Below, piece by piece: positions 24,413 to 38,329 of a stretch of DNA of 64,000 nt. The notes under the pieces are model-generated. The model saw nothing but the letters and a program-made list of their open reading frames with translations, was not told the origin of the DNA and made no database searches. A program made the position numbers and the translations under genes. The DNA is from Octopus vulgaris (lineage: Eukaryota), in NCBI GenBank assembly GCA_951406725.2, contig OX597815.1, positions 176,514,001 through 176,578,000 of the forward strand, written 5' to 3'. Every line of letters begins with the position of its first letter. Position 1 is the stretch's first letter.

Positions 24413-25623
24413 TCCTCCTCATTATTATTATGAATAGTCTTGATTTTCCCATTTGTTTTTCTGTTGCCATTATTATCGGATTGTTGAAGAGCGCCCAAAT
24501 CCGGCAGCAAAATACACTTGTTAGGCGCTTGATCTATTAAAACTATTCAGAAGCGTCCACTTTGACTGCCACACATAAAACGTATCAAGCATCTTTCACT
24601 TCATCGATTGAAAACTACAGGCAAATTATCGCACTAGAAATGAAAGGACCTACTACAAGTTTAGTTAAACTGCTCATTACAAAATTGAACCTATATTAAT
24701 AACTGATGCTAATGAGTAAAAAATAGATTTACATAGGCTTAATATGAAATGTTCTGCACAATTCACCTGCATAGATTTAATACAAAATACTATTTTGACT
24801 GTTTAATGGAATTTGGCAATAATACTGTTTATGAGTAGAGAAAGGCAATCTAAAATCGATTATATCATTTCCGATGCCTAAATTTATAGAATTTAAATTT
24901 ACATAATATCAATCATCAACACCCATTACGAACGTTATATTTCATCCGAAATCTCAATTTATTTTCTTATGTTTCTCTCTGAAATGGACACAAAATTAGT
25001 AACTAATGGTTTCCGAGGGAAATCCATCGCAGGAAATGCTGTTATAGAAGCGTTATAGGATGTTTTACATTCATTTGAGAAACATATTAACTAACAGTAA
25101 TGGCTTGTTTATTATTGCAGGCAGAATCGTTTAAAACGTTAAGATTAAGATGGTACTGAATCACATGAAAACTATTCACGAATTATTATGTAGTGTTTTT
25201 TTGACAATGTTACAGACAAAAGCCTGAAATCATCGGTATTAACGAAATTCGTAGAATCATCACAGCGAAAATTCCATATTTTAAAGAAAAACGTCTAAAA
25301 GCTATTCAAACATTTTTACACAAATAAATAGAATGAAATAATTTTCACATTTGTGATGCAGAAATTTAAAGCACTAAAATATGGCCACAGAACAGTAAAC
25401 GTAAAAAATAATTTTCTTCTCTCGTTTAAACGGAATAAGACTCTTCCCATTACTTATCTATTCAATCTGTTTACGTATACATAATACATGAGTACATACA
25501 TGTTCATGCATACGGGTGAGTATCCATATTTCTAATTATATGTATAAATACACATACACACGCATATATACATACATACATACACACACACATACACACA
25601 CACACACACACATATATATATAC

Positions 25624-25705
<82 letters not shown>

Positions 25706-26046
25706 GGCAAGATGAAAATGGAGGGAATCCGGGGTATTAATTTACACATGTATTTATATATTATCTGGACTGTTTAAAATAAATAGACATTATATTATGT
25801 CTAACAGCTGATGAATACTACCTCTGGATTCTCTCCATTTCTTCTTGCCATATAATTTAAGGGTAAAACCCCACTTATTACCCTTGCCTAATTACTCAGT
25901 AGGGTAATTGTCACGCAATAACCAACACCTGTGTATTAATTAGATATTCTACCAGCATTATTTTGGATAGATACTATGCCTTAGTTGGTTGGATTCACAA
26001 CCTCTAACTCTCTCTCTCTTTCTCTGTATATATATATATATATATA

Positions 26047-26080
26047 CTAGCAATGAATTCCGGCGTTGCCCGGGTGTTAG
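26047..26080 (-). mobile_element. Helitron-like 3' terminus
   Basis: Minus strand CCCGGGCAACGCCGGAA (GC-rich hairpin), a short spacer, then CTAG followed by T. Confidence 0.5.
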
Positions 26081-26185
26081 GATCTCCAGCCATATTGTAT
26101 TAATTGTTCCTGTCCTATGAGCAGAATCAGCACGGCTGATAATATAGTGAACTGGATTACTGGCGTGAACTGGATTACTATGCCG

Positions 26186-26269
26186 TCATCTGATGAGAAC
26201 GATTTTCATTGTAATGATGTAATGCTTTCATTGATCAATTAAAGGAATCGTTCGAAACAGCCGTAATGG
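26186..26269 (+). ncRNA. Type I hammerhead ribozyme candidate with intact core
   Basis: tcat-CTGATGA-gaacgatttt..ggaatcgttc-GAAA-C AGCC G-TA-atgg. Stem II has 10 bp. Confidence 0.7.
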
Positions 26270-26552
26270 ATTGACATCTTTGTTACTCATTTGTATTTTA
26301 CTCACCTACACTGGAATCAGCACTTCAGAAGTATTTGGAAAGTATCTTTATATAAAGTGCATGTCTGAACAAACAAGAGCGGATTTATTCACTAAGTTGG
26401 ATCGTGTCATCTGCATACACTTCATGAATATCGGGTGGAAAAATATTCTATGTAGAGTTTGATACTCTTCTAATATTATTTGGGTGTGCAAATAAGTTCG
26501 TCTTAACAAGGCACCTCAATTCAAGTACCTATTTCAAATGAATCCAAGTTAC

Positions 26553-26619
<67 letters not shown>

Positions 26620-27284
26620 GTGTGAGCAAAACAGATCATTTCAACTCAGCTGGCATAAATGAGTAATAATGCGACGGATGGGCGATCCGTCCAAGTGGAG
26701 AATATATACGCCATTTCAGCAACGCATTCTGTAGTCCTAATATTATTAACACATTTTTATCTTCTAAACTATAGCTGCTTCCTTTTTCTTCATAACCTTT
26801 TGTCATCTCAGCCTCTTTTTCTGGTGTTGGCCCCTCGAAGAGAAAAAAATGTTTTTATTCTATAGTTATCTGTGCGTTTTCCATTATTCTTTACTTCACT
26901 AGTCCTAGAGTGTATACTTTATAAATGTTTTCTAGTTCGATTAGACCGTTATTTTCTTATATTCCTTGTAAACATGATCCGTGTCGGACTTGAGGAGGTA
27001 GGCAAAAAATATGCAACAATTATGTTCCTTCTTTCTGTTTAGTTTTGTTAGTTTAGGGTTGAGGTGTGAATATTATAAGTTCTTCATGTGCATTGATACG
27101 GGATTTTTGGCAGAACAATTACTTCCATTTGAATCATTACCCTTATTCCTCGATAATATTCCTTTCGAGCGTTTTCATATTCATACACTAGTATTCCACA
27201 AAATTCTAGCAGATCATGAATCTCTTCTACTTTAATGCCTGAGTTGCTCTTAATCACCTTCAGGACTGAACATGTTTCACTAAA

Positions 27285-28160
27285 TATTGTTGTTGATTAT
27301 GTGCTACGTATGTCAGTTGATACCATCTCTGGCAAGGGCTTTGAAATAAAACCAAGAAGAAGTTCCAGACATCCAGCTGAGTACTTGACAGACACTGACT
27401 TTGCTGACGACATCGCTCTTATCAGTGATTCTCTCTCCAATGCCCAGTCTCTTTTACAATCTCTTGAACAAGCCTCAAACTGTGTAGGTCTTTACCTCAA
27501 TGAGGCCAAAACTGAATACATAAACAAGTGCCTGTCCAACAGTGATTGCGTCAGCCGTACTCTCAACAATGCGCCCTTAAATATGGTTTCTGATTATAAA
27601 TATCTTGGGTCATACATATCATCATCTGGAAAAGACTTTCTAACTAGAAAGGGTATGGCCTGGTCAGCCTGTAATGACATGCATAAGATCTGGTCATCAA
27701 ATCTAAGTAGAGACTTCAAACTTGAAATCTTCAAAGCCACAGTCGAACCAATTCTACTATATGGCTCAGAAACCTGGACGCTATCAAAGAAGCTTGAGAG
27801 GCGGTTGGATGGAACCTACACTCGCCTCCTTATGAGAGCTCAAAATCTCTCGTGGAAGCGCCATCCAACCAAAATGCAAATATATGGGAAACTACCACCT
27901 GTGTCATCTCTTGTGAAAGGTAGGAGAGTCCAGTTTGCTGGACATTGTTGTAGAGCTGAAAAAGAAGTAATTTCTACTCTTCTCCTCTGGAAGCCATCTA
28001 CTCGCAATACCAGAGGGCGCACACACTCCTACCCTGATGTAATCTCCAGTGATACAGGCATCAGGCAAAAGGACCTCCGTAATGCCATGATGGACCGTGA
28101 AGTCTGGCGTAGCATGGTAAATTCCATTGTCTCGACCACGGTCGAACAATGATGATGATG
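27285..28160 (+). mobile_element. RTE-clade LINE, 5'-truncated, ORF open to its stop at 28152
   Basis: IVVDYVLR..LTDTDFADDIAL..YKYLGS..PILLYGSETW..FAGHC..DREVWR. (ATG)n tail. Possible TSD AAATATT at 27282-27288 and 28161-28167. Confidence 0.92.
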
Positions 28161-29083
28161 AAATATTCTGGAGAAAATGGAAATGAAAGGTGATGGAGAT
28201 CCTGGATAGAATCAAATTTAAGCAGAAGCATCTTAACAGTGTATGGATGTGCTGCACATATTTGGTTTGTATTTTATGTAATGAATCATTTTTCAGTCTG
28301 TATTTAGATTTATCAAGATTACATATACGCACAAAATTAAACAATGCGTCGCATATACTTAATATCGTCTCTGTAAGTAACTGCGGGTGTTTAAAATGAT
28401 GATAATTATTCTGGTCAATAAAATGAAAATATTACACACCGACTAATGGCACCGGGCTAGCGCCATACATCGTTTCTGTTAATGCTTCGTACATTAAAAC
28501 TTACAAAGCCAGTTTAATATATGATTTTGTTTAATTTTATTTACTTATATTTTCTTGCAAATAGCTTCTCAGAATTATCTCAGAATGATTCTATATTCTC
28601 ATACAAATAAATTTACAAACTTCTACATTTAGCAATTTGTACAGTGCTAATTTGGCATTTGTGATTAGGATTTACTTCGTTGGTGAATCCCAGTCTAACG
28701 CTATTCTGCTCGGAATTCCTTCTCGCTAAACGATCAATTGACAATAAACTTTTATATTTCAACACTCACTTTTAATGAACTACGTATTAAATAGCTTAAC
28801 GCTAACCTAATTAATTTTTGCATTGTAGATGGAGAGATGGAATACCAGAATTCTGTTATAAATATGTGTACGTCCGACGCACTGATACACTTTTGAAGTA
28901 ACTCATGCACTAAATATATGAACAATTTGTAACTTGGTATAATAAACAAATTCATCTGTGTCAAATAAGCTTTCTTATGCCGAGTCTATTCGATCTTAGG
29001 AGGTCCAATAGTGTCATGGATGTTTACAATATAGATTTTGCAAAAGAAGGAGACGTAGAAATAACTTATTTTTTATTTACTAA

Positions 29084-29162
<79 letters not shown>

Positions 29163-29242
29163 ACAAAAAAAACAAAAGACGAAGACAGGTGGTGTAGAAA
29201 ACAAACAGATGTATTAGTATAACGCTCAGGAATAGAAAAAGT

Positions 29243-29278
29243 CTTTTACGTTTCGAGCCTACGCTCTTCTACCGAAAG
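29243..29278 (-). ncRNA. Minimal hammerhead-like motif with variant core
   Basis: Minus strand cttt-CGGTAGA-a-gagc gtag gctc-GAAACGTA-aaag. Confidence 0.45.
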
Positions 29279-29374
29279 GGATACAGAAAAAACAAGGAGA
29301 GAAAAAAAATGTGTGTAGTGGCTAACGATCTATCATGGCGACTCTTTCTTTCTCTCTCTCTCCCTCTCTCTCTG

Positions 29375-29407
<33 letters not shown>

Positions 29408-30113
29408 CTTTGCAGATTCTGTTGATGTATTGATAATTACTTCTTCAGGTGGAAACAAGATTCGCGTTTCATGTCCTTAAAACAAATTCACCTTAAAACC
29501 AATAATTTTCTAAAAATTTGAGAACTGTTTTCATCTGGAGAAAAAACAGTTTCTCTTCCATTCCTCTCTGACTGAAAATTATTGATTTTTGTTTACTCCG
29601 AAGAACGCATAATATATGCGAAAGGAAATGTTGACATCTTTTGCATCAAAAGTAATGGGAACATATATTAATCTAGATTTTAAACAGTGTCATAGTCGGG
29701 ACTCATTAAGGGACTATTATTTTGCCATTCACCACTACGCACAACATCCCCGATCATTTCGATAACCAATTTAGACTTATATATTTTTATGTTGATATAT
29801 TCAAGAAACGTAAACTACGCCAAACCATTATGAGCGGAATTATTTAGAAGACATTTTAAATTAGATTTACTAATGCTCAATCTGGCAATACTTCAATTGA
29901 TGTCTTGAAATATTTTCAAAATATGCGAAAATAGAACAAAGAAAAGATATTTATATTCTGAGGTAGTTTGAAGCTTTAAAAGGTGAGGACGAAAAGTATT
30001 GAATCACTTTTTTAGTCTTCAGCGCTCATATTAAAATATTTGCGAATCAAGATTAGTGTAATATTTATCCTTATAGTTTTAATATTTCATGTATAAATAC
30101 GTGCCTATATGCG

Positions 30114-30191
<78 letters not shown>

Positions 30192-30229
30192 ATCAATATA
30201 GATTTAAGCGTGTGCAAGTAGGGTACTAT

Positions 30230-30261
<32 letters not shown>

Positions 30262-30345
30262 TGTATGTATGTATGTATGTATATATGTATGTATAATATG
30301 TATGTATAATATGTATCTATGAATATATATATATATATATATATG
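30114..30345. repeat. (TCTA)n, (TATG)n and (TA)n microsatellites
   Basis: Direct reading. Confidence 0.95.
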
Positions 30346-32799
30346 ATTACGTAAGTAAGAAATGTAGCTAAGTTGCACATAACAGAATTTATAACAGTAT
30401 TTTTCGTTGATGTGTAAAAATGACAAATTGATGCACATTTAGAAATATGAAGCGAAGAAAAGTGTTTTGAAGGGAAGTCCATTAGCTAAAATTGGAGTTA
30501 TTAAAATAATCTGAATATTTTATAGGGATATTGATTTTAATCTCCGACATGCTACTTCTTGAAACCTAGATGATTCTCGAATGTGGCTTTGTACGTAAGA
30601 AAGTGAATACAATATTTCTGGGGGTGAATTAGAAATTCACGTCGTCGCGAGTGAAATAAGAAAGTTTGAACTTGTGTTTCAAAATTCTGTGAGTACGATT
30701 TCTGAATTCGTAAAGTGAATCCATTTTACAGTCTCTTGCTCTTGTATTAAGGTTTTGTTGTATTTGTTTCTTTCTTGTGTGTAAATGACGTCTGTAAGGT
30801 TTAATGATCTTCCAAGCAATTGGTTACATGGGGATGATAGCAAGTTACAGAGCATCTCCGCTGGTAGCACTGTCTCTTTGAGAGCAAACACTCTGGTTTT
30901 CCTTGTGGGACAGACTACAAAAAAAAAATGCGTGAGGGGGGGATGTTTATATATCAAAAGTGTCTTCTCCTGCGAAAACTGTGAAAAGCGGGAGGCACAA
31001 TGAAAGCAAGGACCAAAAGAAATTAGTTGTTACTAATAATACTATATGGACTCACGACGTTAAAGAATAGAGAAATAATAGAAATGGGTTCTAAACAACT
31101 CAAAACATTACGTTGAATAATATTGAAGCAAAGCTGTTTACAAAGACAAATTACAGGGCGAAGGAATAATCATTCGGCAAATCAATAGGTTTCTATTCTG
31201 ACTTGATACAGTCAGACTTTCTAAACAACACACCTTGCACTAATTGATGCTCTCAAATTTAGAACGTTGAGAGGCATACTGTACCGTGTTGCGGTTCCCA
31301 TCTGCTAACAGACATGAGGAACAGAGATCAGTTAAAATGAAAACCTACAACGAAAATGGAGAATTCGTCTCCAAAAATCAACGATAAACACACGGAAAAT
31401 ATTTGGATACTAAACGCAAAGTAATATAATGACGAACGGGGTGTGCGATTTCCTATTGAAATTTACCTGAACTACCGACGTGGGAGACCAATGTATAAAA
31501 TATTTACCATTAAGCACAAAGCATAGACAATAAGTGAAATACTTCGTGTCGTTAGAAATTTTAAAAAAAAGGCATTTCTTTCAAGTGATCATGCGCATGG
31601 GATGACAGTAACGGGTTAATCATCCAGGGTGTCTGCATATCATTATAAGTAAGCTCATTTATTTTTAACAGATCGGGTGATATGATGAATACATTGATTA
31701 GAATTAAGAAAAAAATATACGATACAGTACTGTTTCTACTTCGCGGATTTTCACCTATCGTGGGAGTTTTGGAACGTAACACCCGCGATAGTACTTTTAA
31801 TCACGCCAAAAAAGTGATGTCTCATCAGGCTTTTCAACAGGACTCATGCGGAAGATTTCAAGGGAATTTTCACTCAGCATATACACTGCTAAAACTCGAT
31901 AGAAAACACCACCTACCAACCTGCTTCTTCCATAATATACGAAGGCTTCTGAATCAGGAAAACGTATCTGGGCATTTTAAACTATAAAAACCGTGGTAAG
32001 GCCGAAACCCCTTACAGCAATGTTAGTCTGTATGTACGCATTGCAATTGAGGGTCATAGCTCGCGGAATGCGATACGTGCGTCAGGAAACAAGAAATTCT
32101 GTACAACTCACATTTTTAGTAATTTAGAAGGAAATGCATTAAAGTTGCGAGCTATGACTAAAAATGCGAGTACTTATGCTTTATAAATTAAATATATCTT
32201 CGAGCAGTAATTAAATGACTTATAATGTAATTCTTCCAAATATTACACGTGTCAATTCCGTCAAATGACTTCTATATAAATGTATCCGTATATAGAAACT
32301 GTTAGCTGGAATGAATGCTGTCTTCATTCTTCTATGTTTGGAATATGTATCACCTCCATGTCTTATACCTACATGCTCCAAATCGTACTAAGAAGCAATG
32401 TATATAAAGTAGGGGCTTCATGATTGCTTTATGTCACAACCACCAAACCATTTTGAAGGCGGAAAATATATCATGGTGTAAAGCACAAGATCAAAGAGGA
32501 GATTTCTAAACAATTCCCGTCCATTGTTATCATTGCTCAACGTGGGATAAGCCTTGTGGGCCACTGTGACCGTGCTGGACAACAGACCACATCGTTTGTT
32601 ACGTTCTGCAGGTTCTACACCCTCGAACACCACTCAATTGCATCGATATCATTGGCAGAGATAAACAGCAGATTTGCGAAAGTTAATGGAAATTAAATGG
32701 AAGGAGTTTTTCTTTGTAGAAAAATTTCAATAATTGAAAAGTAATTGAAAAACAAATGGTCGGAATTTGTTCATCTTTAAGAGTCACGCGTCAGACTCT

Positions 32800-32993
32800 C
32801 CAAGATCTATTTCAAAACATGTGTAGAAGAGTCAACTTATGTATTGAAAATGAAGGACGACACTTTCAACACCTCTTATAAAGTTTTTTAAAGTCTTGTA
32901 AAGTCTGAAATATTCTTTTGTAGTCTCATACCACCTTATAAATATTTATTTTGCAATAAAATACTGCGGAGAGACTTTCTGAACACCCTGTAT
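32800..32993 (+). mobile_element. Tc1/mariner-family transposase C-terminus and right TIR
   Basis: CRRVNLCIENEGRHFQHLL* is a typical RR..CI...G.HFEHLL end. The terminus GACTTTCTGAACACCCTG is followed by TA. Confidence 0.7.
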
Positions 32994-33009
32994 ATATAAA
33001 TACATGAAT

Positions 33010-33300
33010 GGCACTCTTTAGGAGTCGACATGTGCTTCAGCTGATCCGATTAACCGAACAGGTTGCTCGTAAAATTAATATTGAAGTAGCTGAGTATTCC
33101 GCAGGCACACGTAACACTTAACGTAGTTCTCAAATTCAGTGTGACACAGAATATGAAAAGGCTGTCCCTTTGAAATACAGGTACTTCTAATTTTTCCCAC
33201 CTGAGTCGACTGGAGCTACGTGAAATAAAGTGTCTTGATGAAGGACACAATGCGTCGCCAGGAATCGAACTCACTACCTTTTGATCGTTGGTGGAATAGA
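33010..33300 (-). mobile_element. SINE family 3 copy
   Basis: Homologous to 11328-11650. B-box GAGTTCGATTCC on the minus strand. Confidence 0.75.
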
Positions 33301-33711
33301 CACACACATACATACGTACATATAAATGTATATTTTCTATATAAATATCTATAGTAAAACATGTATGTAGGCATCTATGTATGCAAATATGTATGTGTTT
33401 CTAGGAAGCAGTTCCATACGACGAGAAAACAACAGGACCATCGTCAAGCGGGAAATAAATAATCGAAAATCTAATTCACCTCACTTGTATGCATTCATAG
33501 AAACAAAGTTAAAAGCCACATCGTATCAAAATGAATTGAAACTTTGTGGAATCGGAATCCCTCGTATTTATTCCGAGAATAACCTCAGCTAATTGCGTCA
33601 ACGGTAGCATTCTGAGCACGGGGAAATTGATTTATATTGGTTCTAAATATGAATTATTAAGCTCTGTATTGGATCTAAGCTTTTAAATATTTTTGAGAAG
33701 CATTTCTGGTC

Positions 33712-33773
33712 ACACACACAGCACATAAGTACACAGACACACACAGACACAGACACACTCACACACAGACACG

Positions 33774-33850
<77 letters not shown>
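33712..33850. repeat. (CA)n microsatellite
   Basis: Direct reading. Confidence 0.97.
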
Positions 33851-33855
<5 letters not shown>

Positions 33856-34594
33856 CTTGTATGATAAATTTGTGTGGACATACATGTTTACATACACAAA
33901 ATCAGCATATTTTCTTAGACTCGTTTCAGTCGTTAAATTGCAAATATGCCAACGCTCTGCTTTCGAAGGTTTAGATGATGGAAGCAACCCTTACATTTAT
34001 TTCAGTCTTGTACTTATTTTATAGATTTCTCTGCTGTATACCACAAAATTACAGAATATAAAATGTTTTCTTCGCAAAATACCGCTTTTTATATGCTTAT
34101 AAACATCAACGCAGTCATAAACGCTTGCATATTCTTATCGTCTTCTTGGCCATCTGTTACTGTCACGTAGAATTGGTCTGTTGAAGATTCAGCGAACATG
34201 GAGAAAAGAAAGACCTAATTTGCAAATTATTCCTCACTGGACACATGTAGTGGTGATGAAATTTTCAACCCCCGGTTCTGAACTTATTTTATATTCGCCT
34301 TTTTATCTCTTCACTATATTCGATTTTTAGCTTTTCAAAGTGCTTAACTGACTGAAAATATCTTCCCCATCATTGATAGTCTTTCCTTAGTTCACATTTC
34401 ACCAAGTTCATATTTTAGAAATGCAGTTATGACTTATTCAAATCCTTAAAACGTTAACTTTGTTCTACCATTTACTGTTTTCTTTATTTTTGCAATAAAA
34501 GAGTTGTGGAAATCGGCTAAAAGTGATTCCGACAACCCGATAAAAGGATAACTTGATACTTTTTACACATACATACATACATACATACATAGTA

Positions 34595-34985
34595 CATAGA
34601 AAATCCCTCTGTTATGGAATACATTCATAAACACCAACTGAAGGAATACTGGTGGAATATTCCCACCAAAGCGTGTGTAAAATGTAAGCATAACAGGTCG
34701 AATTTTGTTGTTTGGGACAGAGGAGCAAAGGTATGTACCACCATGGAGGTTAGTTGCCCTGCAGATATAAATATCTCTCTGAAAGTCAGAGAAAAAGAGG
34801 ATTTCTATGGACAACTCCTTCGAAACCTTCAGCTTCTATATCCAGACTATGAATTCATATTCATACCAATAATGATTGGAGCACTAGGTTTTTTTTAGTA
34901 AATGCTTAAAGGAAAATCTGGATAAACTGGGATTTTCAGAAAGAGAAATCGACTGGCTGATTCGTACATTACAAGTGCAATCATA
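34595..34985 (+). mobile_element. RLE-endonuclease fragment of an R4/Dong-like non-LTR element (distinct family)
   Basis: EYWWNIP..HNR.NFVVWD..EVSCP.D.NI..K..EK...Y..IPIMIGALG. Confidence 0.8.
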
Positions 34986-35778
34986 GACAGAGAAATTGCT
35001 GCTATGTCTAGCCGTAGAGTCTACGATTGTACATGCCAACGAAGGCCGAAATTATATCATCTGATAGGTCCGGTGGTGGTAGTGGATGATTGTCTCCTGT
35101 TAGCGATATAAACAGATCTGCTTAAATTCATCACAAGTCTATACGGGAGGTTCTCTCATGTTAAATAATGCAGTATTTTGCGTTCTAACAAAACGTCCAC
35201 CTTTAAGTAGGGGTAAACATGACCTTTTGAATTTGAAAGGCTTTTGTAGCTACATATGCACCAAAGCTAATGTTTGTCTGTGTATATTTTGCTCTCAATA
35301 AGCTGGATTGCTCATCAGTTTTTTGATAGATGGCGCATCGTGAAAACATGCCACAGTCCAAAACAGTACAATCCCAATTCTAAGGCACTAGATGAAATTT
35401 AAATCGATTCTAAATATCCTCGAAAACATAGAGTTTATTATATATCCATATCGTTGTTCTCACATCGAAAGATATATAAAGCCGACGTCTTGTGCATAAA
35501 GATTTTGTATTGATGCAATTCAAAGAATTCCTTAACTTCACACTTATGAATTCAAATCATTGATTCGTTACAACAATAGAGGTAATTATTAGATGTGTTA
35601 TTTGCAAACTTTCTTTAGGAGCCAGCGCACTTGTATCGCACGTAAACGATTTCATCAGCACATAAACCAAATTAGCTGATTATAGTTGGCACTTGTTTCT
35701 ACTTGACAACAACTATCATCACCCATTCCATATCTGCCATTATTCTTTATGCTACTGAATCTATAAATATACGTACGC

Positions 35779-35781
<3 letters not shown>

Positions 35782-35853
<72 letters not shown>

Positions 35854-35908
35854 ACACATACACACATACACACACATACACGCACACGCATACACACACA
35901 CGCATACG

Positions 35909-35946
<38 letters not shown>

Positions 35947-36037
35947 CACACACACACGCGTACACACACATACTCGCACAAACACACACACGTTTGTATA
36001 GAAATATATATATACATTCATACATTGTTGCATAGAT

Positions 36038-36075
<38 letters not shown>
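35782..36075. repeat. (CA)n and (TA)n microsatellites
   Basis: Direct reading. Confidence 0.97.
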
Positions 36076-36079
<4 letters not shown>

Positions 36080-36827
36080 ATATAAAGTATATATAAATGC
36101 ATATGTCTATGTAAACAAATTCTCCTCTTTTCCTTTACAGCATGATACAATGTTCACCTTATATTATTGTCAAACATTTTGGTTATTTTACTCTCTCATA
36201 TCGATTCCTCCTCTCATACTATAATTACTCACAAATAATACGACGAATGTATTATCAACCGTCTTACTACTGTAGACAAATGCCGGGCACTAGATGCGAC
36301 GTACATTTCGAGTTGGAATTGCATGTCTCTCTATTACCTTTCTAACACTGTAAGGCTTTCAGAGCCGTAACATTTTTTACTCACACATCAGTTGCATTTA
36401 AAAGTACCATTGAAAGTTTATTAGCTTAAGTATAACGCAAGCGTAACTTTATTTCTCTCTATAATATATGAATGAAGAAAGGGATTTCGTTTCTGAGACG
36501 TGTACTATCAAAGGTTGCTCTACCTCAGTAATATTTACTCTAGATCTCATCGCAGATTAATTCTAATGTTTGATGAAATCTCTATAGGAGGGTGGGCTGA
36601 AAAGCACATAGGATGACTATGAAGGAATGAGGCTAGAACTCTGAAATCTTACATGCATCAATTTCACTTCCACTTATTAATAACTGCATTGTTTCTTCCC
36701 AGGTAAACTGATATCTGACTTATGTGTTTAAATGTACACGGTATTTTTATATGAATAATATATAGTCTATTGACTAGTTTTTTCTTCTCGCTAGACACTA
36801 GTAGCAAAGAATTTTTCTAAATTTTTG

Positions 36828-37830
36828 CTACGATCACCTGTTCGCCGATGACTGCGCTCTCAATGCTGCCACTGAGTCCAACATACAGCGCAGTGTTAAC
36901 TTGTTCCCTGGCGCCTGTAACAACTTCGGCCTTACTGTCAATACAAAAAAGACTGAGGTAATGTATCAGCCAGCTCCACCCAAGCTCTACGTTGAACCCA
37001 ACATCACCATCAACGGGCAGCGACTGAACGCGGTGGATAAGTTCACCTACCTTGGCAGCACAATCTCTAGAAATGGTGTCGTCGATGACGAAATCAACGC
37101 CAGACTCGCTAAGGCAAGCGCTGCCTTCAGCAGGCTACGCAAGACTGTCTGGGACAGGAGGGGGATCACCATCATGACAAAGATCAAGGCGTACTGGGAT
37201 GTTGTTCTCACAACGCTGCTTTACGCCTGCGAGTCCTTGAAGGTCTACCAGCATCATGCCGGGAAGCTGAACCACTTTCAGAAAACTTCTCAGCATAAAG
37301 TGGCAGGACAGGATCCCGGACACCGAGGTATTAATACGTGCTAACCAGCATCCATACCATCTTGATGCAGTCTCAGCTTTGCTGGGCAGGGCACGTAGCT
37401 CGTATGTCAGACGATCGATTACCAAAAGGATTGCTCTTTGATGAGCTGCAAAAGGGAAAGCGCTCACAAAGCGGTCAGAAGAAGTGCTTTAAGGACACAC
37501 TGAAAGCCTCACCAAAAGCCTTCAACATCGACCATGACACTTGGGAGGAGTCTGCTCTTGACAGAGAAGGGTGGCGATCAGCTGTCCACAAGGGTGCAAA
37601 CACATGCGAGACCAATCGGATCGCTGCTACAGAAGACCGCAGACAAGCCAGGAAGAACAGAGCTAACAACCCTGTAGCAGGCGCTACCATTCCCTCTTCA
37701 CACTGTCAAAGATTCTTTCGGGCGCAGATTGGTCACACTCTGCGGACTCACAAAACAAGCCGGGTCCCACCGCAGGATGACTAGATGGTCTTCGTCGCAT
37801 TGACGGACAAACTACACACACATACATACA
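36828..37830 (+). mobile_element. RTE-BovB-like LINE, 5'-truncated and frameshifted
   Basis: LFADDCAL..FGLTVNTKKTEVMYQP..FTYLGS..TLLYACE..WAGHVARM.D.RLPK, with a C-terminal C2H2 remnant (HCQRFFRAQIG..RTH). CA-rich tail. Confidence 0.92.
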
Positions 37831-38195
37831 CACACGAGTTACGCAATGGACAGGCAAAAAAAGTGAGGAGTATACCGGTGGTATACACCTCACTTCAATT
37901 TTACCACTGATGTTCCATTCGCTATGAAGCATATGTATCCCAGAGTTTTCCTATTCCATTCCGTAACTTTTGTATTCTTTTTCGCACACTCGGCAACCCT
38001 GGTTTTCTACCGTGGAATATAAAAAGAACTTTTCTCTTCTCGTCGTTCTTCGATAAAGAAAAAATATCCGCAAGCTTCCGTTTCAATAAACCATTATTAT
38101 TCCTGAAATTTGTTCTTTTATATTTACTACGGATTGCTCGAGCTAACTTGCTTCCTACACCTCGATTCCTGGATCTAACATTTATATATATATAT

Positions 38196-38329
38196 ATAAA
38201 TAAATGGAGTTTAACGCAAGTGTAGATCAGATATTTTTACTTTTGACACATGTTTCGAAAATTCCACTGAAACATATGTCGAAAGTAAAAATATTTGATT
38301 TACACCTGCGTTAAACTCCATTTATTTAT
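38196..38329. repeat. Fold-back inverted repeat, ~61-bp arms and 12-nt spacer
   Basis: 38196-38256 is the reverse complement of 38269-38329 with about 5 transitions. Confidence 0.9.

Noticed and set aside
31150-32000. 5' part of the Tc1/mariner element ending at 32993
   Set aside because: Only weak hints (TACAGGG, AFQQD), with no convincing TIR match.
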